64,000 nucleotides of DNA, taken from positions 6,284 through 70,283 of the forward strand of contig JAKSKZ010000013.1 of NCBI GenBank assembly GCA_024401475.1. The letters are read 5' to 3'. Source of the stretch: Paludibacteraceae bacterium (GTDB taxonomy: Bacteria; Bacteroidota; Bacteroidia; Bacteroidales; Paludibacteraceae). This document shows positions 38,131 to 46,000 of this stretch, in pieces. The first letter of the stretch is position 1. Every line of letters begins with the position of its first letter. Both the position numbers and the translations under genes were made by a program. The notes under the pieces are model-generated. The model saw nothing but the letters and a program-made list of their open reading frames with translations. It did not search any database and was not told the origin of the DNA.

Positions 38131-38985
38131 ATGAAACTATTTAAATTTAAAAACCAAGCATTGTTTATCGGTGCTTTATTGTTAAGTGCTTGTTCTAGTT
38201 CTAATCCAGAACAAAAGAAATGCGTTGTTGTCAGCCACCCGGACACTTTTCATGTCGGAGGTGTAAGTTTCAATATGATTAATATTGAAGGAGGCTCGTT
38301 CATCATGGGGGCACAATATGCCAATCCAGCCTTGGAGAATTACGATTCAATCGCCACTACCATGGAATCTCCAGTACATAAAGTAGAGGTTGCTTCGTTT
38401 GCTTTGGGAGAAACGGAGGTCACACAAGGTTTGTGGAAGGCTGTCATGAAAGAGCCTTTGACTTGGAATGATTCGGTAGGCATCGGCGACGACTACCCTA
38501 CTTATGTTTGTTCCTTCGAGAAGGTTATAGATTTTTTAGCTGCGTTGAATGACAGTCTTCATCAAAGTGGTCAGCTTGCGACCGATAAGAACGTTTGCTT
38601 ACCCAACGAGAACGAATGGGAGTATGCTGCCAAAGGCGGAAAAAACAATATGAAGACTCTTTATTCTGGTAGCAATAATTTGGATGAAGTGGGTTGGTAT
38701 GAACTGAATTCAGGACTAAGGGCTCATCCTGTGGCCCAAAAGCAGCCTAATGCTTTAGGTATTTACGATATGAACGGAAATGTTTGGGAATGGTGTTCTA
38801 ATCAAAAATGCGACTATCCTCTTACGGCAGCAAGCGAAGTTATTTCCAAAGAAGATAAAATTCCGCACATAATTAGAGGAGGATCTTTCGGATACACGGC
38901 TCACGGAGCCCGCAACACTTGCCGTGGTTACAACTTCGTATGGTATGGTGATAACAATATAGGTTTTAGATTGTGCATCAAATAA
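38131..38985 (+). CDS. formylglycine-generating enzyme (SUMF1/FGE-sulfatase) family lipoprotein
   Basis: 284 aa. It has a lipobox (LLSAC) and the characteristic GNVWEWC and RGGSF motifs. Confidence 0.85.
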   Translation: MKLFKFKNQALFIGALLLSACSSSNPEQKKCVVVSHPDTFHVGGVSFNMINIEGGSFIMGAQYANPALENYDSIATTMESPVHKVEVASFALGETEVTQGLWKAVMKEPLTWNDSVGIGDDYPTYVCSFEKVIDFLAALNDSLHQSGQLATDKNVCLPNENEWEYAAKGGKNNMKTLYSGSNNLDEVGWYELNSGLRAHPVAQKQPNALGIYDMNGNVWEWCSNQKCDYPLTAASEVISKEDKIPHIIRGGSFGYTAHGARNTCRGYNFVWYGDNNIGFRLCIK

Positions 38986-39007
38986 ATTGATTTTATAAAA
39001 AAAAGTA

Positions 39008-39040
39008 AAAGGCCTTGGAATTGAGATTTCAAGGCCTTTC
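39008..39040. terminator. bidirectional terminator hairpin between the convergent FGE and LRR genes
   Basis: aaaggccttgga...ttcaaggccttt is flanked by A-rich sequence on one side and T-rich on the other. A diverged copy at 43783-43815 carries a compensatory double change (g12/c35 to t/a) that keeps the stem paired. Confidence 0.65.
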
Positions 39041-39069
39041 TTATTATAGATTAGAATGTTATGTCTATC

Positions 39070-40485
39070 CTATGCCCCATGTCCCTTATATATCATACAA
39101 AATATACCCAACAAGATTGCCAAAATTAGAGCAAGCCCTAAGAAAAAGAAAAGTATAGATTTGCCCCATGGAAAGAAGATGTGCAAGATGCAGATGATAA
39201 CAATCGGAATGACGATGTACAAAAGAAAGAGAAAACCTAATGTACGTAATCCGTCCCACGTATCACTGCTATAGGCTGTGCTTTCTACGATTACGTTCTC
39301 TCCAACCTTCAATTTGCTTAAATTCTTACAGTTATGGAAAGCATCTTCTCCAATGTAAGTTAGAGCGTTGGGAACATTGATTGAATGCAGTTGTTGGCAA
39401 TCATAAAAGGTGCAATTTTGTATCTGCTCCAGACTATCTGGCAATGTCACTTTCTTGAGGTTCGAACAGTCTGCGAAAGCATCATTCCCTATTGAAGTCA
39501 CAGCGTTTGGTATTGTAATTTCTTCTAAAGCAGAACATTGTGCAAACGTCTGGCTCCCTATGCTTTCAAGAGAAGAAGGGAACGTGATTTTTTTTAGTTG
39601 GCAACATCCTTCAAACGTATTAAACTCTATTGACTTTATTGAGTTTGGAAAATCAATTTCTGAAAGTTGTGAACACCGCCTGAAAGCATCATGTTCGATT
39701 TGATTTAAATTTCGAGGGAAACGGATGCTTTTTATGCCAGTATTTTCAAAGGCATGTCTTCCTATAGACTGAAGATTGTCTGGAAGATTAATTACTTCAA
39801 GTTTTTGGCAATTCTTAAACGCAAAATTGTCGATGTCAATAACGCTTTGAAGTATATCAATACTTTTCGGACAATAATCAACTGGACCTATCCATCCGTA
39901 GCATCTTGTACCATTTGCGTAGTACAACAAACCTCCTAGGTTGCTACAACCGTAGAATGCATTAAATCCAATAGAGGAAACATTATTCATATTGCCCAAG
40001 ATTTCCCTTATTCCCGTCTTTCTAAAGGCTTCATCCCCGATTACTTCCAAACTATCAGGAAATTCGATGCTACTTAGATTGATACAGTTTTCAAATGCAC
40101 TACTTTTTATTATACGGAGGGAATTGGGAAATTTAACAGACTTCAGGTTGTTGCAGTTGCGGAAAGAGGATTCCTCTATACATGTAACACCTTCGGGAAT
40201 TTGAATTTCCTCCAAGTTGTAAAAATAAGAAAATGTACGCTCTCCGATTGTTTGCAAGGAGGAGGGAAAAACTATTTTTTGTATGGAATCATTTAAAGAA
40301 TAGATGCCATTTAAAAATCCTATATCATCTTTGTTTATAACGGTGACACCATCATTGATTATCAATGTGTTATCTATTATAGTGATTTTTTTGTCCGATT
40401 CCATTTCTAATTTATTTTTAGAACTTATTGGGTTGGTGATAAGAAAAATAAGGAAGGTTAGAATTAGGCGTATTAATATTGTCAT
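39070..40485 (-). CDS. BspA-type leucine-rich repeat protein with C-terminal membrane anchor
   Basis: 471 aa. After the signal peptide come many repeats of the type F..C..L..I.IP..V..I...AF..C. The C terminus has two hydrophobic helices (FLFLLYIVIPIVIICILHIFF and ILFFFLGLALILAILLGIFCMI). Confidence 0.85.
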   Translation of the reverse strand: MTILIRLILTFLIFLITNPISSKNKLEMESDKKITIIDNTLIINDGVTVINKDDIGFLNGIYSLNDSIQKIVFPSSLQTIGERTFSYFYNLEEIQIPEGVTCIEESSFRNCNNLKSVKFPNSLRIIKSSAFENCINLSSIEFPDSLEVIGDEAFRKTGIREILGNMNNVSSIGFNAFYGCSNLGGLLYYANGTRCYGWIGPVDYCPKSIDILQSVIDIDNFAFKNCQKLEVINLPDNLQSIGRHAFENTGIKSIRFPRNLNQIEHDAFRRCSQLSEIDFPNSIKSIEFNTFEGCCQLKKITFPSSLESIGSQTFAQCSALEEITIPNAVTSIGNDAFADCSNLKKVTLPDSLEQIQNCTFYDCQQLHSINVPNALTYIGEDAFHNCKNLSKLKVGENVIVESTAYSSDTWDGLRTLGFLFLLYIVIPIVIICILHIFFPWGKSILFFFLGLALILAILLGIFCMIYKGHGA

Positions 40486-40520
40486 AAATTAAGAGTCAAT
40501 AATATACTACAAATATAAAA

Positions 40521-40553
40521 CAAAAAAGGCTGAATCACAAACCGGATCCAGCC
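40521..40553 (-). terminator. rho-independent terminator of the nucleoside hydrolase gene copy
   Basis: Stem ggctgaatc (40528-40536) pairs with gatccagcc (40545-40553) with one mismatch. A plus-strand A-run gives a T-run on the minus strand. The same structure recurs at about 50373-50405. Confidence 0.55.
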
Positions 40554-40576
40554 TAAATAATTTGTGATGTTGAAGG

Positions 40577-41413
40577 TTACTTCAAACTTTCCTTAATTGT
40601 GTTTACCAAGAAATCCTTTTCCATATCTGTGGCAACATGGATAAGTTTGCCATCTGCAGCCTCTTCAATGTGGCCGATATTGTTGGCAGTGAGTTTGTAA
40701 TCCTTGATGGAGAACTTGCTCTTATTGTAGTAGTAAAGCACTGGTAGGCAGTCGTGAATAACGCAGCCTGTCGCGTCTTTTGTGTATTTCACGTTAGATG
40801 CGTAGTTTTGAAGAAGGATGCTCTTCATTTCTGGGTATTTGCTAAAATCCATGCTGTCAATCTCTGTCTTGGCAATGCTTGCATATACCTCCGTAATGTC
40901 GAGAGGGAAAATGGTGATGTCGAGAGCCGAAGATAGAACGGTTTGAACAGCTGGACCATCACCTGCGAAGTTGTACTCTGTTTGACCCTCTTTGTTGAAG
41001 TGCGTGATACCACCTCCCATGATATAGACATTCTTGATGTGAGACACCGTTTCCGGATATTTTGTGATCAAATTAGCAAGAGTTGACAACGGACCCACTG
41101 CGATATATGTCACGCTATCCTTTTGGTTGATTTCTGACGCAAGATAAGCCAAATCCTTATTAGTTGCAATCATACTATCCGTCACTCCATATTTAATTGC
41201 CATAGAGTCTGCAATGCCAGCCAAACCGTCTGTTCCGTGGAAATCGCCACAAGTAACTTCATGCCCATCGGAAGGTTCTCCGATGCCTTGGCACAAAACA
41301 CTGTTCATGTTCAAATATTTCGCCATGATGTTCATGTTACGAGTCGTATATTTGAAAGGCATATTTCCGAATGTAGAAATCATATACTCAGGCTCTCCGA
41401 TAGTCTTTGCGAA
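40577..41413 (-). pseudogene. 5'-truncated copy of the inosine-uridine-preferring nucleoside hydrolase gene
   Basis: It encodes residues equivalent to about 60-337 of the intact paralog at 50429..51442. It lacks the lipoprotein signal and the catalytic DxDxxxDD motif. The track ORF only begins at a GTG in unrelated sequence at 41447-41449. Confidence 0.75.
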
Positions 41414-41977
41414 GAAAATATTACACACAGAGGCGCATACCCGTTTCACCTATCCGTTCTCTAAATTAGAGTTGAGGGTGAGGCGTTATAGCAAGGAGTT
41501 GTATGAGGAGTTGGAGAAATATGTGAAAAGTTGATACAACCAAAAAGCGCGGACATTAGCCCGCGCTTCTCTTTTCTATATCGGAACCGATTACTTCACG
41601 TTTCCAACCTTGATAAGGTACTCCGCGATTTGAACAGTAATCCGTCATTTTCAACCATCTTGCCAGAATAGTGCGTGATGGCTACCTTCGTGCCAAAAAC
41701 GTAAAAGTTATGGAAAGAAAAAGAAATATGCAGATGTTGACATTTGGGTATTTTTCTCGATTATTTGGTTCTGAAGTTTTGTTAGGCTATATTCTTAGAA
41801 GAGATAATTTGGCATTTGCTGAAATGTTCTTTTCTCAATAATACATATTTCTGCCGAAAATATGTTAAAGATTGCACAAAACAAGATAAAACTGATTGTT
41901 TTTTAAAGAAAAAATCGTATTCTTGCCGTCAAATGTCGGTTAAAAGGACATTGAAAGCCCCCAAAAAGCAGATTATA

Positions 41978-43591
41978 ATGAGCAGATTCAGATACCCGAT
42001 TGACAATGACCAGTTCCAGGAAATAAGGGAACAGGGACTATTGTATGTTGACAAGACTGACATGATGTATGATCTTGCCAACAGGTATAAGTACATTTTT
42101 CTGGCTCGTCCTCGACGTTTTGGCAAATCTCTGCTTTGCAACACCTTTAAGGCCTACTTTCAGGGACAGAAAGAGCTGTTCGAGGGGCTGAAGGTGATGA
42201 AGCTGGAGAAACAGTGGAAAAAGTTCCCTGTACTTCATTTTATTTTGAGTGGTCTGAAGGACTGTAGCCTTGATGACGCTAAAGGAAAATTGGAACTACT
42301 AATTTCTAAATACGAAAAAGATTTTGGTAGAAATGAAGCAGAGAAAACTCCTGGTGCTCGCTTTAGTGGCTTAATACATCGTGCATTTGAGCAGACTGGC
42401 GAAAAAGTAGTTGTTATTCTTGATGAATATGACTCGGCTATTATGCGACTGATGTACATGCCAGAACAACTTGATGAAATGCGTTCTTTGCTGCGTGAGT
42501 TCTATCAGGTGCTGAAGGATGAAGGCGAGTATCTCCGTTTCGTCTTCATCACTGGCGTTACCAAATTCTCACAGCTCAGCATCTTCTCAGAGTTGAATAA
42601 TCTGAATCAAATATCTTTTGATGATAAATACTCTGGATTATGCGGTATTACGCAAGAAGAATTAGATACAACTCTCCGTCCATGTATTGAGGAATATGCA
42701 GATGCCCTTAATGTTACTGTGGATGAAGCATATGCTTTGCTAAAGAAGAACTATGATGGTTATCATTTCTCGCCAAGAAGCAAGGATGTATATGCACCAT
42801 TCAGCCTATTGAAAGCTTTGGACAAACAAACAACCGATCCATATTGGTTCGATTCTGGAACCTCCAAGTCACTGATAGATCACTTACAGCACCAACCAGA
42901 GTTCAATCCACTGGATTTTGATGGAGCTGAGCTATCAATCAATGCTTTTAATGTGCCATGCGAGAAGGCTAGTACACCAATCCCTTTGCTTTACCAAAGT
43001 GGTTATCTTACAATCGCTTCATATGACAAGGAATTGGATTCATACACACTCCATTTTCCCAATTACGAAGTAAGGCGGGGTATGATAGAAAGCCTGACCA
43101 ATTATCTGATGGATGCTGACGATTTGGAACGAGATGCAGCAGTTCTGTTAATGGCACGAGCTTTTAAGAATAGCGATTTATCTACAGCACTGTTGGGGCT
43201 ACGTTCTTGGATTGCCAGCCTTCCCTACGACATTATCACCCAAAAGGAATGGATGGCGAAGAAGAAACGAGAGGCATTCTACAAGCTGCTTATCTATGTC
43301 ATCTTCTCCATGCTCAATAGCAAGGTCGATACCGAAGTCAAGAGCATCCTGGGTCGTGCCGATGTGGTGATCAAGACCAAGACAGACATCTTTGTGCTGG
43401 AACTGAAGGTAGACGACTCTGTCGAGAATGCCTTGGCACAGATTGACAGCAAGGGGTATGCTATCCCATACGAGGCTGACGATCGGAAAGTGACTAAGTG
43501 CGGAGTTTGTATCTCAAGCGAACAGCGCAACATCACCCACTGGCGAATTACCGATGCAGAAGGATGCATCTTAAACGAAATGAAATTCTAA
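41978..43591 (+). CDS. AAA-ATPase-like protein with C-terminal PD-(D/E)xK nuclease-like domain (PDDEXK_9 type)
   Basis: The start is refined to the ATG at 41978 (MSRFRYPIDNDQF). Motifs: ARPRRFGKSL, VVILDEYDS, and C-terminal GRADVVIKTKTDIFVLELKVD. It is a paralog of 5618..7189. Confidence 0.8.
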   Translation: MSRFRYPIDNDQFQEIREQGLLYVDKTDMMYDLANRYKYIFLARPRRFGKSLLCNTFKAYFQGQKELFEGLKVMKLEKQWKKFPVLHFILSGLKDCSLDDAKGKLELLISKYEKDFGRNEAEKTPGARFSGLIHRAFEQTGEKVVVILDEYDSAIMRLMYMPEQLDEMRSLLREFYQVLKDEGEYLRFVFITGVTKFSQLSIFSELNNLNQISFDDKYSGLCGITQEELDTTLRPCIEEYADALNVTVDEAYALLKKNYDGYHFSPRSKDVYAPFSLLKALDKQTTDPYWFDSGTSKSLIDHLQHQPEFNPLDFDGAELSINAFNVPCEKASTPIPLLYQSGYLTIASYDKELDSYTLHFPNYEVRRGMIESLTNYLMDADDLERDAAVLLMARAFKNSDLSTALLGLRSWIASLPYDIITQKEWMAKKKREAFYKLLIYVIFSMLNSKVDTEVKSILGRADVVIKTKTDIFVLELKVDDSVENALAQIDSKGYAIPYEADDRKVTKCGVCISSEQRNITHWRITDAEGCILNEMKF

Positions 43592-43775
43592 ATTATTGCT
43601 GTCCGGTACTTTCAATTTAGAAGTGCAAGAAAAAGAGTCGGATGAAGGATGCAGAGGCTAGTGTATTTTCAGAATATAAAGGAAATTACATACTTAATGT
43701 TCAACAAATCAGCAATTGTGGTATAACTCGTATTTTTCATTAATTTCAATTTGGCTCAAACATTATATAATAACA

Positions 43776-43846
43776 AAAATAAAAGTCCTTGGAATTGATA
43801 TTTCAAGGACTTTCTTGTTTATATATCAGAATGTTATGTCTATCCT
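43776..43846. repeat. diverged copy of the 39001..39071 terminator-plus-spacer segment
   Basis: aaaaataaaagtccttggaattgatatttcaaggactttcttgtttatatatcagaatgttatgtctatcct aligns with 39001-39071 with a few substitutions and one indel. Both copies end in gaatgttatgtctatcct. Confidence 0.75.
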
Positions 43847-44101
43847 GTAAGCGTCCAATCTGAAAAAATCAATCAAATTGGACGCTTACTAGAAGGTTGC
43901 AGCTACAAGAATTTCGCAATCAGAACGAAGAAATCATGTCTTTCATAAAGTCTTGTCAAGGAGTGTTCCTGTCGCCCAAGGTATTCTGGTGGTGGGCTGG
44001 CATCTCATACGCCACTTCGTTATATTCACTCTGGTGTATTTTGCAAATGGTTCTTCAGTGGTTGAAATACTAGACTGGTCTTGCCTGGAATAGATCAATA
44101 C

Positions 44102-44130
44102 AAAAATGTGCGACAATGTCGCACATTTTT
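44102..44130. terminator. bidirectional terminator-like palindrome downstream of the AlbA_2 gene
   Basis: aaaaatgtgcgaca-a-tgtcgcacattttt is a near-perfect palindrome flanked by an A-run and a T-run. It lies 43 nt after the stop at 44173. Confidence 0.55.
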
Positions 44131-44172
44131 ACAAGACACACTTTTCGATCGTCGCAAATCACGACGGTGATT

Positions 44173-45600
44173 TTATTCTTTATCAAGCACTTCCCAATGT
44201 CCACTATAACCACTACCTACATAACGGATATGTGGAATTTTAGCAAGGTGGCGCTTGATAGTCATTGAGGTAACCCCAAATTGTTTCGCCAATTCTTCTG
44301 TGGTAATATTAAGATTATCTTTAATAGCCTTCTCTATTTTTTCATCGAGAGTATCTTCTTGAGTAACACCTTGAGTAACACCTTGAGTAACATCTTGAGT
44401 AACATCTTGAGTACCACTCTTAGCAGGTCTCATAAATGTCACCACAACAAAGCCACCATTGACAGTCCATGTTGGTGCTGCTACACCTCTCTTTTGGCAA
44501 GCCTCCATGATGCGTTTTACACCAGAGCCCCAGTTCTCAATATAGGTTGTGCTATATAGTACATTGGCTATAAGTGGATTGTACGGATATGAGATATGTG
44601 GCTGGAAGATATTCTCTGGTGTAATCTGTGGAGGTAGTATGCCAGGATTCTCAATTTCGATGCGGTCATCGTAGATGGCAATGCCTATGGTCAGGTTATA
44701 ACGTTCGTACTGACGATGGCAAAGGGCATTCAATACCACTTCACGCAGAGCTTCGGCAGGTACTTCCAGATATTCATCACGAACCAGCCCGACTATCTTT
44801 CCATGCATATTCAGGTGCTTGCGGAAGAAATTCATAGCCTCATTAAGCAGTACGAAGATATTTCCCTCCACTCGCTGGTTGTCGATAAACTCATTCTTAT
44901 CTGTCCCTTGGAACCGAGCCAAACGCATAGTGAATTGCGTGTACATGCCTGTTTCTTTTGTAAAGAGTGCGGTGGCAGCGTTTAGAGGTTTGTTATCTGT
45001 CGTCAACTTCCATTTTCCTAACACATCCTCAATGGGTTCTGTTAGAGCCAAATCTGACAACCGACCTCTTTCAACACCAAGACGAACAACACCACGTATC
45101 AGTTTCTCGTCCAATGAACTGATATCTGTAAACTCCGATAGTTGTCTTTCCCATGCGAACATGTCTGGCTTACTTCTACGTAACCGCTCTTCATACATGT
45201 CGCGTGGCATCTCCTTCGTTGTACTCTCCACCTTATAGTAAGGACAACCATGATAAGTATAAGGCACCATGCCCCATGCCCATCCATCAAAGTGCATGGC
45301 AATTACTTTGTTGTCTGGGCAATCAGGAACATCGATATACTCAACCCGGACATCAACCTGTGGCTCCATGTAACTCAGAGCCTGGGCAATCTCCCGTTGG
45401 GTATTGTCAGTAACCTGCTGGCCCTGAATCTTCAATGATTTGGGAGCGACACCGAAGATGAGCCACCCACCTTCTGTGTTCAAGAAGGCACAAGCAGAAT
45501 GCATGCCATCCTTCAGTTCACCCGTGGTCTTTTTCAACTCCAACTGACGATGCTCGTCAGCTTGTATCAGTTCCTTCAGTTCTTCTATTGTAAGTGCCAT
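44173..45600 (-). CDS. AlbA_2 (Schlafen-like) / HATPase_c_4 / wHTH protein (often annotated RecG-like ATP-binding or putative DNA-binding protein)
   Basis: 475 aa. The N-terminal AlbA_2-type segment reads EHRQLELKKTTGELKDGMHSACAFLNTEGGWLIFGV. The central region (ALREVVLNALCHRQYERYN...IEIENPG) is like the RecG C-terminal ATPase-like domain. The C terminus is an HTH (ITTEELAKQFGVTSMTIKRHL). A TQ(D/G)V tetrapeptide repeat linker is also present. Confidence 0.8.
   Translation of the reverse strand: MALTIEELKELIQADEHRQLELKKTTGELKDGMHSACAFLNTEGGWLIFGVAPKSLKIQGQQVTDNTQREIAQALSYMEPQVDVRVEYIDVPDCPDNKVIAMHFDGWAWGMVPYTYHGCPYYKVESTTKEMPRDMYEERLRRSKPDMFAWERQLSEFTDISSLDEKLIRGVVRLGVERGRLSDLALTEPIEDVLGKWKLTTDNKPLNAATALFTKETGMYTQFTMRLARFQGTDKNEFIDNQRVEGNIFVLLNEAMNFFRKHLNMHGKIVGLVRDEYLEVPAEALREVVLNALCHRQYERYNLTIGIAIYDDRIEIENPGILPPQITPENIFQPHISYPYNPLIANVLYSTTYIENWGSGVKRIMEACQKRGVAAPTWTVNGGFVVVTFMRPAKSGTQDVTQDVTQGVTQGVTQEDTLDEKIEKAIKDNLNITTEELAKQFGVTSMTIKRHLAKIPHIRYVGSGYSGHWEVLDKE
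44358..44415. repeat. 12-bp tandem repeat (about 4.8 copies) inside the AlbA_2 gene
   Basis: cttgagtaacac x2, cttgagtaacat x2 and a partial cttgagtacc, encoding GTQDVTQDVTQGVTQGVTQ on the minus strand. The repeat is in frame. Confidence 0.85.
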
Positions 45601-45632
45601 ATATTTATAACGTTCTGTTCTGTTTTATATTG

Positions 45633-45965
45633 TCACATATTTATGTACTTCACAGGATTTTGGCTTTTGCCATAGAAGGTTGTTACGTCTTTTCCAATGT
45701 ATGTTGTATGTTCGTCTTCAACTCCCAGGAACTCACACCTTCCAATGTGTTTAGGGCCTTCGGTGTATTTCCAATCTACAGGATTATAGACTTATTCCAC
45801 AATTCCATTAACAATAGCAAGAACGTGCGTAGCCTTTCTTGCACGGTTTATATCAACCTTCCAATACTTACGGGTCATCTCATAGAGATTCTCCCTTTTT
45901 ACTTTCCCTACTTTTACACAGATAATGCAGTCTTCGGGATTAGGTCTCAATTCATTTGTCACCAT
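45633..45965 (-). pseudogene. 110-codon reading frame interrupted by one in-frame TAA (or a 57-aa small protein)
   Basis: From the ATG at 45963-45965 it reads MVTNELRPNPEDCIICVKVGKVKRENLYEMTRKYWKVDINRARKATHVLAIVNGIVE, then TAA at 45792-45794. The same frame continues VYNPVDWKYTEGPKHIGRCEFLGVEDEHTTYIGKDVTTFYGKSQNPVKYINM to a TGA at 45633-45635. Both halves are below the 60-aa cutoff of the ORF track. Confidence 0.45.
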
Positions 45966-46000
45966 ATTCGGATATTATTAATTGACATTTTTGTATAGCG

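Larger units (their letters stand above)
40517..41413. repeat. left copy of an 897-bp direct duplication (partner 50369..51265, offset 9852)
   Basis: It covers the NH terminator and most of the nucleoside hydrolase gene. About 12 substitutions fall in 40590-40690. From about 40691 to 41413 the two copies are identical as far as I can read, and similarity ends abruptly at 41413/41414. Confidence 0.85.

Noticed and set aside
41214-41534. 106-aa plus-strand ORF, and its twin at 51066..51332.
   Set aside because: It is antisense to the duplicated nucleoside hydrolase sequence. It differs between the two copies only because the left one runs across the breakpoint into unrelated DNA.
44358-44415. 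Short tandem repeat considered as a possible CRISPR or mini-CRISPR array.
   Set aside because: The 12-bp units are directly adjacent with no spacers, lie in frame inside a coding sequence, and have no cas genes nearby.
45594-45998. 134-aa plus-strand ORF between the AlbA_2 gene and the 1181-aa gene.
   Set aside because: The sequence is hydrophobic and low-complexity with no motif. The opposite strand carries a much more protein-like 110-codon frame, interrupted by one TAA, that fits the operon orientation.
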